Assembly (NCBI GenBank): GCA_015233115.1
Contig: JADFYJ010000012.1
Span: 15,557-79,556, forward strand
Length of the DNA: 64,000 nt
From: Candidatus Omnitrophota bacterium
GTDB taxonomy: Bacteria; Omnitrophota; Gorgyraeia; Zapsychrales; Zapsychraceae
Direction of reading: 5' to 3'
The notes below the pieces were generated by a model, which saw only the letters and a list, made by a program, of their open reading frames with translations, ran no database searches and was not told the DNA's origin. A program made the position numbers and the translations under genes. Positions 1 through 8,517 of the stretch are shown here, in pieces; the stretch's first letter is position 1; the number at the start of each line of letters is the position of its first letter.

Positions 1-1105
1 CCGTTTCAGAATAAGCCTGAATAATATTCCTCATACTGTCTTCTTTACCACCATCTGCCGCTATATTTGAATTCGTTGGATTTTCCGCACGTTGATGGTC
101 CTGAGAGCTCAAACTGACCATGCTGTCCAAATTCAACACATCACTAAATTCGTGTTTATTCTCCATAGTTCCTACGGCTGACCGATCCTTATTTTCTTTA
201 AGGTCCACCTGATCGCCGGAGCTCAAGATCGTTTTAGTATTAAGAAGCGTTCCATGACGGGAGGTTCCGGAATTGGTGTAACGAGCCCAAACCTTACATT
301 CATTCCAAAAATTATATTCAGAATACAATTTAACTTGAGGTTCATTGTCCGCATCGTTAAAGTAATCCAAAGGAAGACGGTTCCCCAGGCTGGAATCTTC
401 TCCTAAATAACCCGTTGCAGCCGTCGTAGTCACAAAATGCTCTTTCGGCGCAAAACCATGAGTGCTTACAACACTGCCGTACATATAATAATTGGAATCT
501 TTTTTAACTTTACCATCGCTAAAATAAACTCCTTTAGAATCATATTTGGTCATATATTGCGCTCCTGCTCTCATGCCAGGAGCATCTGCCGCGCCTTTAG
601 TCGTAATGTTAATAACACACTCAATGGCTCCTGGACCATAGGTAACAGATCCGGGACCCCGGACAATTTCTATCTTTTGAATATCATGCAGATCCCATTG
701 TTCAAGTTCTGCTTCCACGCCATTATGAGCGTTTGAATTAAGCCTCCGGCCGTTTACGAGAAGAATCATTTTATTATTACGGTCAGATATGATCCCGCGA
801 ATACCGACCTTAGGGCTTTCGGAATGGGTTAACCAGACAGCTCCAGGAACATAAATCTCCATCAAATCATAAATATTCCTCGCCGGAGTCATCTCAATTT
901 GTTCCGCAGTAATCGTAGTGACTGAAGCAGGCGCGTATGATGCATTACTAGACGTGGTAAGCATCCCGACAGGTGTACTTAAAAGACTGGCCATATCCTG
1001 ATTGATCAAAGTTTCCATGCTTGGAACTTGGGCTTTTACAGGAAAAGCCGTGAGACATATCATTGCAACACACCAAAATGCTACCCGTTGGATCATTCCC
1101 TTCAT
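1..1105 (-). CDS. TonB-dependent outer-membrane receptor, N-terminal part (signal peptide plus plug domain). The 3' end lies beyond the window start.
   Basis: Checked codon by codon: minus-strand frame is open from ATG at 1105 (SD GGGGGAG 6-9 nt upstream) down to position 2. Translation MKGMIQRVAFWCVAMICLTAFPVKAQ... has a signal peptide and plug-domain motifs (ITAEQIEMTPARNIYDLMEIYVPG; IEIVRGPGSVTYGPGAIECVINITTK). Absent from the ORF track because there is no in-window stop. Confidence 0.6.
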   Translation of the reverse strand, partial: MKGMIQRVAFWCVAMICLTAFPVKAQVPSMETLINQDMASLLSTPVGMLTTSSNASYAPASVTTITAEQIEMTPARNIYDLMEIYVPGAVWLTHSESPKVGIRGIISDRNNKMILLVNGRRLNSNAHNGVEAELEQWDLHDIQKIEIVRGPGSVTYGPGAIECVINITTKGAADAPGMRAGAQYMTKYDSKGVYFSDGKVKKDSNYYMYGSVVSTHGFAPKEHFVTTTAATGYLGEDSSLGNRLPLDYFNDADNEPQVKLYSEYNFWNECKVWARYTNSGTSRHGTLLNTKTILSSGDQVDLKENKDRSAVGTMENKHEFSDVLNLDSMVSLSSQDHQRAENPTNSNIAADGGKEDSMRNIIQAYSET

Positions 1106-1316
1106 ATTCTCCCCCTCTTTTTTGGTTGTATATTTTTATTGGATGAATACGCCTTCGATTTCTTAATTATAATTTTGTAATATTTAATAACAACACATTT
1201 ATTAAAAATTTTTAATTATTGAAACACTTTGAGGGAAACAGGGAGCCTTAAAAATAAAAAATACAAAAAAGGGAAGATTTAAAATGGAGAGACTTGCTCA
1301 AAATTGGATTATTTGT

Positions 1317-1640
1317 TTAAAAATTATAGAAGGGAGCCAATTCTACTAACAAAGGCTTTAGAAATTTCACACCAACATCCCACATATGATCATTGCGGAT
1401 CTTAGCCCATACGACATGACCTTCCAGCATAACCGGGGCATCTTGGCCAGGAACATGAATATTAACTTTCACCTGATCTCTATAAAAAAGCCGATTTTGA
1501 GTTTTAAGGCGGAGCCCGCTGGAACAAATTTCAGACAAAAACACCTGATCGCGAGCATGGGAGTCAGTATCGTGAAAAGATGCCGGCATAAAAAGAGCAT
1601 GACGCTCAAAAATTCGTTGTTCAGATGCTTGCTCTAACAT
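1317..1640 (-). CDS. PilZ-domain protein (c-di-GMP binding type)
   Basis: 107 aa. QRIFER...DTDSHA...EICSSGLRLKT...GHVVW resembles the RxxxR / DxSxxG PilZ signature. No obvious SD. Confidence 0.4.
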   Translation of the reverse strand: MLEQASEQRIFERHALFMPASFHDTDSHARDQVFLSEICSSGLRLKTQNRLFYRDQVKVNIHVPGQDAPVMLEGHVVWAKIRNDHMWDVGVKFLKPLLVELAPFYNF

Positions 1641-1743
1641 GATTTATGGCTTGATGGTTTTTGGTTGATGGTTCTTGGTTGATGGTTCTTGGTTGGCTGT
1701 TTCTAAAAACCAACAACTATCAACCATTAACTGTACAAAATTT
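1641..1743. repeat. Intergenic periodic repeat array (TTGATGGTTCTTGG x3) followed by an inverted partner (ACCAACAACTATCAACCAT); hairpin-forming.
   Basis: Direct reading of tggcttgatggtttttggttgatggttcttggttgatggttcttggttggctg...aaccaacaactatcaaccat between the two PilZ genes. Confidence 0.6.
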
Positions 1744-2079
1744 TTATTTAAAATAATTTGCTAATCTCGATTTAGAGCCTTGCAGCATCTCTTTAAAAGA
1801 TACCCCAATTCTGAACATTCCGTCTGATATGGGTGTGGCCCATTCCACTTCTCCCATAACAAGCACAGAATTACCATTATCGTCCAGATCTAACTCAATA
1901 GCCATTTTTTGATGAAGAGGAATTTCCTTACGCGAAACAATCCCTATTCCCCCCTTACTAAAATCAACTGTTTTTGATGTATCAAAAAAATTTCCTGCCT
2001 GTGCATCTACCGGCACCAAACAGGACAATCGTGGGCTTTTCCGTTTATTCAACAACTCACACCTTCTTTCTGAACACAT
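1744..2079 (-). CDS. PilZ-domain protein
   Basis: 111 aa. RKSPRLSCLVPV...DFSKGGIGIVS...GEVEW matches PilZ motifs (RxxxR, D/NxSxxG). Confidence 0.5.
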   Translation of the reverse strand: MCSERRCELLNKRKSPRLSCLVPVDAQAGNFFDTSKTVDFSKGGIGIVSRKEIPLHQKMAIELDLDDNGNSVLVMGEVEWATPISDGMFRIGVSFKEMLQGSKSRLANYFK

Positions 2080-2316
2080 TTTATCTTATCGGAAGCAATG
2101 AATGATTTCAATAAGTACATGATCTATTTTTTGCTTTTTTGTCATTCGTTTTCGCTTAATCTATTGCCTATTGCCTATGGCCTATGGCCTTATTTGTAAG
2201 CGCTTCCGTGATACCTAAATATAAAACATAAATCGTGATTTTGCAAACCTCATATCAAAAATATTTTTTTACCATTTATGTTGACTAATAGTTCAAAAAA
2301 TATATAAATATTAGTA

Positions 2317-3045
2317 ATGGATCAAATGACTGACAAAATAATGCTGGTGGTTATAAGTATTTGTTTCTTGATCGGCTGGCAAAAAGGATTTTTTAAGGCC
2401 ATCTTGGGCCCCATATCCCTCATCATCGGTTCCTTGATCAGCATAGCCTATTATGCCAAAACAAAAAATATGCTGTATTCCGCTCTGATCGGGCTTATCG
2501 CTCCGCTCGTCATCCAAATGGTTCTTTCAATTATATTTAACCCCTCGCGTCATAATCAAGAAAAAAAACCCAATTTAGCCATTTCTTTTTTAAGCCGGTT
2601 TTCTGGCGGCATCGTATCTGTGGCCTGGTCCGGAACCCTGGCTGTTTTTGTACTTGTTTTGATCACGCTTGTCCCTTTGCAAAATAATCTCTTTACTTCC
2701 ATGCAAAAAGACATCACCTCGTCTAAAACTTACCGCTTTTTAAATTTTTTATCCGGTCACAAACTCAAAAAAAACGCGGTTAATTTTGAACAATTGGAAA
2801 ACCTCTTAAAACAAGATAATGCCCGGGGAAATATTCAAAAATCAGAAGCCTATAAAAATTTAATGGATGATCCTGCCATAAAAAATATTGTCAGTGACAC
2901 ACAAACCATGGACAGCATCCAAAAACAAGATATTAAAAGCCTGCTTGGCAACCCCAAAATCACCGCCTTGATGAATGATCCCAACCTCATCAAAAAAATG
3001 ATGGATTTTCAAAAAGAAATCATTGAGAAATCGTCGGAAAAATAA
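2317..3045 (+). CDS. CvpA-family (colicin V production-like) membrane protein
   Basis: 242 aa. N-terminal TM helices (IMLVVISICFLIGWQKGFFKAILGPISLIIGSLISIAYY) in a CvpA-like layout, then a hydrophilic C-terminal tail. Confidence 0.4.
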   Translation: MDQMTDKIMLVVISICFLIGWQKGFFKAILGPISLIIGSLISIAYYAKTKNMLYSALIGLIAPLVIQMVLSIIFNPSRHNQEKKPNLAISFLSRFSGGIVSVAWSGTLAVFVLVLITLVPLQNNLFTSMQKDITSSKTYRFLNFLSGHKLKKNAVNFEQLENLLKQDNARGNIQKSEAYKNLMDDPAIKNIVSDTQTMDSIQKQDIKSLLGNPKITALMNDPNLIKKMMDFQKEIIEKSSEK

Positions 3046-3047
3046 CC

Positions 3048-3095
3048 CATGGACCACCGCGTCGGTGGACCAAAGGCCCACCGACGCGGTGATTT
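3048..3095. terminator. Bidirectional intrinsic terminator between convergent genes
   Basis: Perfect inverted repeat caccgcgtcggtgg / ccaccgacgcggtg with an aaaggc loop, flanked by T/A runs, between the CvpA-like stop and the mnmE stop. Confidence 0.55.
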
Positions 3096-4497
3096 ATTTT
3101 CCAATACAAAATTGATCAAAAATAGCGTCCAAGAGATCAGCATCGATATTGCGGCCAGTGATGGCGTCTAACGCATTGATGGCGGATTTGATGTGTTCGG
3201 AGATAAACTCGAGGGAAAGGTCCTGTGACAAACCTGACCGGGCATCTTGAATAGATTTTTGACATTCCTCTAACGAATGGATATGACGGATATTGCTGAC
3301 CAAAATTCCATGGGTGTCGACTTGAGACGAATGCCAGATTTTTTTGACAATCATGTCTTCTAATTGATCCAAACCTTCGCCAGTCACGGCGGAAATCCAT
3401 ACTTGCGGCGCATGAGGAAAAGCGGTTGAGATTTTTTTTTCGTCAACCTTATGCACCAAATCTTTTTTATTTAAAATGACAACCGCGTTTCGGTCTTTAA
3501 CTTGTTCGATGAGCGCTTCGTCTTCGGACGATAAAGGTTCACTCCCATCGAGTACCAGCAATACTAAATCCGCTCCCTTAATATACACATGACTGCGCTT
3601 GACTGCCTCTTCTTCAATCTTGTCACGCGGAGCAATCAAACCTGCGGTATCAACAAGCTGAAAAGGGATTCCTTTGATCTGGGCGGTTTCTTCAATCGGG
3701 TCACGAGTTGTTCCGGCGATATCTGCGACGATAGCTCGTTCCTGTTTAAGCAGTAAATTTAATAGGGAAGATTTTCCGACATTCGGCTTACCGCATAATA
3801 CGAGCCGGATGCCTTCTCTTAAAATGCGGCCATGATCGCTGGCGGATAATAAACCTTTAATCATAACGATAGCAGAATCCAAATGATTCTGTAACATCGT
3901 GGTCTTATCCGATGATGTATCATCCTCAGGAAAATTGACCAAAGCTTCAACTGAAACATACACACTCATGATTTCTTGGCGGATCTCGTCTAATTTTTGG
4001 GACAGGGAACCTTTGAGCTGATTATGGCTCACACGCAAATAAGCATCTGTCTTCGCCCGGATAACATCCAGTACAGCCTCAGCTTGGGCTAGATCAATGC
4101 GGCCGTTTAAAAAAGCACGTTTGGTAAACTCACCTGGTTCTGCTAATCGCCCGCCGCAATCAATCACTAACTGCAAAATTGCCCGCTGAGCCATCATCCC
4201 TCCATGACAGCTGATTTCAACCACATCTTCGCACGTATAACTTTTAGGTGCGCGCATAACTGTTAACAAAACTTCGTCAATAACCTCCCATTGATTGTGC
4301 ACCTTCCGGCCAATATCACCGTAGTGAACAGTGAAAGTCTTAAAATTCGATGGCAGAGCATTATTTTTCGATCGAAATATTTTATCCGCAATCGGCAACG
4401 CGTCCTGCCCGCTCAGACGGATAATGCCTAAGCCGCCCGCTCCAGCGGCAGTGGCAATGGCGACAATTGTGCCTTCTAAACCTTTGTACTGGTACAT
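3094..4497 (-). CDS. mnmE: tRNA modification GTPase MnmE (TrmE)
   Basis: 467 aa. N-terminal THF-binding domain, G-domain (GKPNVGKSSLLN, DTAG) and the C-terminal CIGK motif. GAGGA SD 6 nt upstream of ATG. Confidence 0.9.
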   Translation of the reverse strand: MYQYKGLEGTIVAIATAAGAGGLGIIRLSGQDALPIADKIFRSKNNALPSNFKTFTVHYGDIGRKVHNQWEVIDEVLLTVMRAPKSYTCEDVVEISCHGGMMAQRAILQLVIDCGGRLAEPGEFTKRAFLNGRIDLAQAEAVLDVIRAKTDAYLRVSHNQLKGSLSQKLDEIRQEIMSVYVSVEALVNFPEDDTSSDKTTMLQNHLDSAIVMIKGLLSASDHGRILREGIRLVLCGKPNVGKSSLLNLLLKQERAIVADIAGTTRDPIEETAQIKGIPFQLVDTAGLIAPRDKIEEEAVKRSHVYIKGADLVLLVLDGSEPLSSEDEALIEQVKDRNAVVILNKKDLVHKVDEKKISTAFPHAPQVWISAVTGEGLDQLEDMIVKKIWHSSQVDTHGILVSNIRHIHSLEECQKSIQDARSGLSQDLSLEFISEHIKSAINALDAITGRNIDADLLDAIFDQFCIGK

Positions 4498-4600
4498 ACA
4501 TTAATCCTCAAAAAACCGATTATTTTTATTACGGGCGATCAGGAGATCGACCCTACGAAAAAAATCGCGTGCATGAAAATTAGGTTTGGATTTAAATCTA

Positions 4601-4648
4601 ATCCCCGAGCGAGTTTCCTTGGCGCTTCGCCAAGGTTGTTTGAGCGAA
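4601..4648. repeat. Conserved hairpin element, copy 1 (TCCCCGAGCGAGTTTCCTTGGCGCTTCGCCAAGGTTGTTTGAGCGAAG), embedded in a locus-specific inverted flank.
   Basis: Near-identical to 10634..10681. The stem differs by a compensatory pair (G..C here, C..G in copy 2). Flanks gatttaaatctaatcc / ggattaggtttaaata are inverted repeats. Confidence 0.6.
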
Positions 4649-4709
4649 GGATTAGGTTTAAATACAAACCGTCCCAACCCACGCGCTATATCAACCGCGG
4701 CATACTCCG

Positions 4710-6050
4710 CTACGATATTATTTTTCGCGCTTGCGCGACGAGAAAAACCGAACCAACCACGGCGGTTAATTCTACGTCTCGTCTTTCCCTAATATAATCT
4801 AAAGCATCAACCGTAAACTGAAAAAAACTTACGGGCAGACCAGGAAAATTTTGTTTTAATTCTTCTTTGGTAAACGTGTGCGCCCGCTCATGAAAACCGT
4901 TGACCACGATGACTTCCCGCGCCACAGGTTTTAACTGATCACAAATTCCTTGAATATCTTTGTCTGACGAAATTCCAAGAATAACCACGGGCTTTTTTCC
5001 AGGGAACGCGCGGTTTAAAGTTTTCACAAATTCATGAACGGATTCTTTAGTGTGACACACATCCAAAATAAATAGTTGCTTGCCGCTGATAATTTCAAAC
5101 CGTCCCGGCCAGCTTACTGCAGCGGCTCCTTGAAAAACGGCATCATTTGAAATTTTTACCCCTTGTCCTCGTAATCCCTCGACCACGCATAAAGCGGCTG
5201 TCAAGTTAGCCCCCTGACAATCACCCAGCAAAGGCATTCGCAGACCCGTAAATTTTTGAAGGCCAATCATCACATCAATATCCTGGCCGGACCATGAAAC
5301 CTTATTAATTTTATAACCGATTTCATGGCCTATTCTAAAAACGTTAGTTGCTTTGACTTCTTCAATTTTTTGACGGATCACATGCTCGACTTCAGGATAT
5401 TGTTCGGCGATAACAACAAATTTATTGGAAGGTTTTATAATGGCCGCTTTTTCATAAGCAATTTTGCCTAAAGTATCGCCTAATATTTGTGTGTGTTCCA
5501 GGCCGATCGGAGTAATGACAGCGGCCCAGGAATCAACCACATTGGTCGCGTCCAAGCGTCCGCCCAACCCGGTTTCCAACACGACCCAGTCGACCTGTTG
5601 TTCAAAAAAACATAAAAACGCCGCGATAGTCAGCCACTCAAAATAGGTTAACTGCTCCCTTAAGGTCTCATCAAGCGTATTTTTGATATGAAAAATAATA
5701 CGGGCAAAATCATCCCTTGCTATTTCATCGCCGAAAATGCCGTCGGGTGTTTGTTTTTGGTGTGATAGAATCCTCATTCGCTCACGCATATCGTATAAAT
5801 GAGGAGAAGTATACAGCCCGGTCTTAAAACCTGCCGCCTTTAACATAGCCGCGATCATGGCTGCGGTGGATCCTTTGCCTTTAGATCCGGCTATATGAAC
5901 GCATTTGAGATTCGCGTGGGGATTTCCTAATTTCTGCAGAGCTTCCCGGACAATATTAAGTTTAAAATCCGCCGAACGCGCCTTATTGAGCATCCGCTCG
6001 AAATTGACATGGTGGTCTAGAAAAGTAAGAGATTCGGAATAATTGAACAT
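4710..6050 (-). CDS. folC: Folylpolyglutamate synthase / dihydrofolate synthase (Mur ligase family)
   Basis: 446 aa. P-loop HIAGSKGKGSTAAM, Mur-ligase middle and C-terminal domains. Confidence 0.85.
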   Translation of the reverse strand: MFNYSESLTFLDHHVNFERMLNKARSADFKLNIVREALQKLGNPHANLKCVHIAGSKGKGSTAAMIAAMLKAAGFKTGLYTSPHLYDMRERMRILSHQKQTPDGIFGDEIARDDFARIIFHIKNTLDETLREQLTYFEWLTIAAFLCFFEQQVDWVVLETGLGGRLDATNVVDSWAAVITPIGLEHTQILGDTLGKIAYEKAAIIKPSNKFVVIAEQYPEVEHVIRQKIEEVKATNVFRIGHEIGYKINKVSWSGQDIDVMIGLQKFTGLRMPLLGDCQGANLTAALCVVEGLRGQGVKISNDAVFQGAAAVSWPGRFEIISGKQLFILDVCHTKESVHEFVKTLNRAFPGKKPVVILGISSDKDIQGICDQLKPVAREVIVVNGFHERAHTFTKEELKQNFPGLPVSFFQFTVDALDYIRERRDVELTAVVGSVFLVAQARKIIS

Positions 6051-6054
6051 TTTA

Positions 6055-7611
6055 TTAATGTTTAAAGTGTCTCGCGCCTGTCATAACCATGACCATGCCA
6101 TATTTATCCGCGGCCTGGATGACATCGGGATCCGCGATAGAACCGCCGGTTTGAATGATGGCAGTAATGCCGGCTTTCGCGGCCAATTGCACATTATCCG
6201 TTTTAGGCAAAAACGCGTCGGAAACCATAATTGCTCCTTTGGCTTCTTTGCCGGCTTTCCGGACAGCGATATTAACGCTTTCCACGCGGCTGGTTTGTCC
6301 GCACCCTATACCGAGAACGCGCTGGCCTTTCACTAAAATGATCGCATTAGATTTAACTCCACGGACCACTTTCCATCCAAACAGCATGGACGTCAGTTGT
6401 ATTTTGGTAGGCTTTTTCTTTGATACCACTTTCAAATCTTTAGCCGTAATCTCCAGCTCATCCTTATCCTGCAATAAAAGACCGCCATACACTTTTTTAA
6501 AATCAACGCCGCCGCGCTTTAATCCTTTTAAATCAAATTCAATCAAACGCACATTTTTTTTCTGGGTCAAAATTTCTAACGCTGTTTTAGAAAATGCCGG
6601 TGCAATCACGCATTCCATAAAACCGCTTTTGCTGATAAGCTTGGCTGTCGCTTCGTCAACTGGACGGTTGACTCCGATAATTCCGCCGAATGCTGAAACA
6701 GGATCAGGCGCCAAGGCTTGTTTATAAGCCAGAGACAATTTGGCGTTCTCAGCCAAACCCGTAGGATTATTGTGTTTGATAATAACGGCCGCGGGATTCG
6801 CAAAATCTTTGATAAAATCAACCGCCGCGTTTAAATCCAAAATATTGTTAAACGATAATTCCTTGCCGTGAAGCTGTTTCAAATTCGCTAACCCGGTGAC
6901 CGGCCCTTGATCTTTATAAAAAGCGGCTTTCTGGTGAGGGTTCTCGCCATAGCGTAAATCCTGGACTTTGGTAAAATCAAACGCGATTTTCGACGGTAAG
7001 GTTGCTTCTGAAATTTTGGCCTCCAACATGCGTTCCGACAAAAACGACGCGATCGCCGAATCATACGCGGCAGTCCGCGCATAAACTTCCTGAGCTAAAA
7101 TAAAGCGAGTCGAATCTGCTACCACTCCTTTATTTTGTTTTAATTCTGCTAATACAGATTCATAACGGTTGGGATTGCAAATGACTGTCACACTGCGGTA
7201 ATTTTTCGCGGCAGAACGCAGCATAGACGGCCCACCGATATCAATATTTTCAATCGCGTGTTCCAAGGCGATCTTTTTATCTTTAATAACCTCTTCAAAC
7301 GGATATAAATTCACAACCACCAAATCAATCAGTCCGATACCATGCGCCGCAACCTGGGACATATGTTCCGGGTTATCCCGCAAGGCCAAAAGCCCGCCAT
7401 GGATTTTTGGATGCAAGGTCTTAACCCGTCCGCTCAACATTTCCGGAAAACCCGTGTAATCAGAAACCTCGATAACAGAAATTCCCGCGGAACGCAAAGC
7501 TAATGCCGTGCCTCCGGTGGATAAAATTTCTACTCCCAATTCCCGCAAACCCTTTACAAACGGGACTAATCCTGTTTTGTCGGAAACACTGATCAATGCG
7601 CGCTTTATCAT
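6055..7611 (-). CDS. purH: Bifunctional AICAR transformylase / IMP cyclohydrolase
   Basis: 518 aa. MGS-like N-terminus (ALISVSDKTGL...STGGT) and an AICARFT C-terminal domain, conserved throughout. Confidence 0.9.
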   Translation of the reverse strand: MIKRALISVSDKTGLVPFVKGLRELGVEILSTGGTALALRSAGISVIEVSDYTGFPEMLSGRVKTLHPKIHGGLLALRDNPEHMSQVAAHGIGLIDLVVVNLYPFEEVIKDKKIALEHAIENIDIGGPSMLRSAAKNYRSVTVICNPNRYESVLAELKQNKGVVADSTRFILAQEVYARTAAYDSAIASFLSERMLEAKISEATLPSKIAFDFTKVQDLRYGENPHQKAAFYKDQGPVTGLANLKQLHGKELSFNNILDLNAAVDFIKDFANPAAVIIKHNNPTGLAENAKLSLAYKQALAPDPVSAFGGIIGVNRPVDEATAKLISKSGFMECVIAPAFSKTALEILTQKKNVRLIEFDLKGLKRGGVDFKKVYGGLLLQDKDELEITAKDLKVVSKKKPTKIQLTSMLFGWKVVRGVKSNAIILVKGQRVLGIGCGQTSRVESVNIAVRKAGKEAKGAIMVSDAFLPKTDNVQLAAKAGITAIIQTGGSIADPDVIQAADKYGMVMVMTGARHFKH

Positions 7612-7636
7612 AGGAACCTTTCAACTTAAAATTTTG

Positions 7637-7785
7637 TAAGTCACAAAGACACAAAGTCACAAGGTCACAAAGGCAAATAAAGATAAAAGAATTAAAAACT
7701 AAAAAATCAAATCATTCGCTTTTTTAGTTTTTTTTATAAAATTTTTCCTTTGTGACCTTGTGTCCTTGTGACGCTGTGACCTTGT
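7637..7785. repeat. Inverted arrays of a 9-nt periodic repeat (GTCACAARG family) bracketing a ~65-nt AT-rich core; likely purH promoter region.
   Basis: Left arm gtcacaaagacacaaagtcacaaggtcacaaagg (7640-7673). Right arm cctttgtgaccttgtgtccttgtgacgctgtgaccttg (7747-7785) is its imperfect reverse complement. Confidence 0.7.
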
Positions 7786-7796
7786 AAAAAATAAAA

Positions 7797-7827
7797 AAGG
7801 GGCAATAAAAATATATTGCCCCCAAAT
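7797..7827 (-). terminator. Intrinsic terminator downstream of rpsU
   Basis: ggggcaat / attgcccc stem with an 8-nt loop, followed on the minus strand by a U-run (ttttttatttttt). Confidence 0.5.
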
Positions 7828-7840
7828 TTACTTAAACACC

Positions 7841-7999
7841 TTAATGTTTTTTTGCTTTATGACGTTTTTTTTCTGACGGTTTAGAGTAAAAACGGCGTTC
7901 TTTTAACTCCATTAAAAAACCGTCTTTCATACAAGCTTTTTTAAAAAGGCGCATAGCCTTTTCAAAATTCAATGAATCATTAACTTTTACTTCAATCAC
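7841..7999 (-). CDS. rpsU: 30S ribosomal protein S21 (bS21), GTG start
   Basis: 52-aa frame, so absent from the >=60-aa ORF track. VIEVKVNDSLNFEKAMRLFKKACMKDGFLMELKERRFYSKPSEKKRHKAKKH matches the S21 consensus (ALRRFKk.C.K.G.l.E.rrR.fYEKPSE.rKR). SD AAGGTGGTGA upstream of the GTG at 7999. Confidence 0.75.
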   Translation of the reverse strand: MIEVKVNDSLNFEKAMRLFKKACMKDGFLMELKERRFYSKPSEKKRHKAKKH

Positions 8000-8073
8000 G
8001 CGAAATCACCACCTTAAGATATTATTTATTTTGTGACAATGTAACAGTGTAACAGTGTGACAATGATTAAAAA

Positions 8074-8376
8074 CTATATCGCGCTCGCGCCGGTTTGGCC
8101 ATCGCGGATGCGGATTATATTCGACATATCAATTACGGCGATTTTTCCGTCGCCGGTAACACCGGTCCGGGCATACTTGCGGATCGTCTCGACAATTTTA
8201 TCTACTTGAAATTCATCCGCGTAAATATCCAGCTTCATTTTTTCCTGAAGGCCGTTGCGATGATGCCCAAATCCTTTCGCTTCAGTCACAGTCAATCCGC
8301 CAATGCCTGAGTCTTCCAGAGCTCGGAATACTTCTTCGAATTTTTCTTTTCTAACGATCGCTTCGATCTTTTTCAT
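8074..8376 (-). CDS. Nitrogen regulatory protein P-II family
   Basis: 100 aa. MKKIEAIVR...GLTVTEAKGFGHHRNG...DGKIAVIDMSNIIRIRDG matches GlnB/GlnK signatures. No adjacent amt or glnA. Confidence 0.8.
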   Translation of the reverse strand: MKKIEAIVRKEKFEEVFRALEDSGIGGLTVTEAKGFGHHRNGLQEKMKLDIYADEFQVDKIVETIRKYARTGVTGDGKIAVIDMSNIIRIRDGQTGASAI

Positions 8377-8517
8377 AATAACGCCTCTTTTCTAACCCTT
8401 ACGCTTTTCACCAATCGCTTTTTCTTCCCTCATCCATCATTTCCGTACTCTGTACTCTCTACTCTATACTTCTTTTCCACGATTGGGTCGATATAGTAAC
8501 ACAAAGAAAAAATACGG

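Noticed and set aside
437-736. 99-aa plus-strand ORF
   Set aside because: It lies antisense to, and in the same codon phase as, the TonB-dependent receptor frame that is open across 2-1105. It has no motifs, so it is an antisense shadow ORF.
1106-1125. ttctccccctctttttt resembling the CTCTCCCC hairpin element
   Set aside because: It is just the complement of the G-rich Shine-Dalgarno sequence of the TonB-receptor gene, with no palindromic partner.
4573-4797. Two overlapping plus-strand ORFs (74 and 68 aa) between mnmE and folC
   Set aside because: They are generated by the conserved hairpin element and its palindromic flanks. Two different frames are open across the same DNA, there is no SD, and the region is better explained as a structured noncoding element.
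6155-6727. 190-aa plus-strand ORF inside purH
   Set aside because: It is antisense to a highly conserved purH coding region and has no motifs, so it is a shadow ORF.
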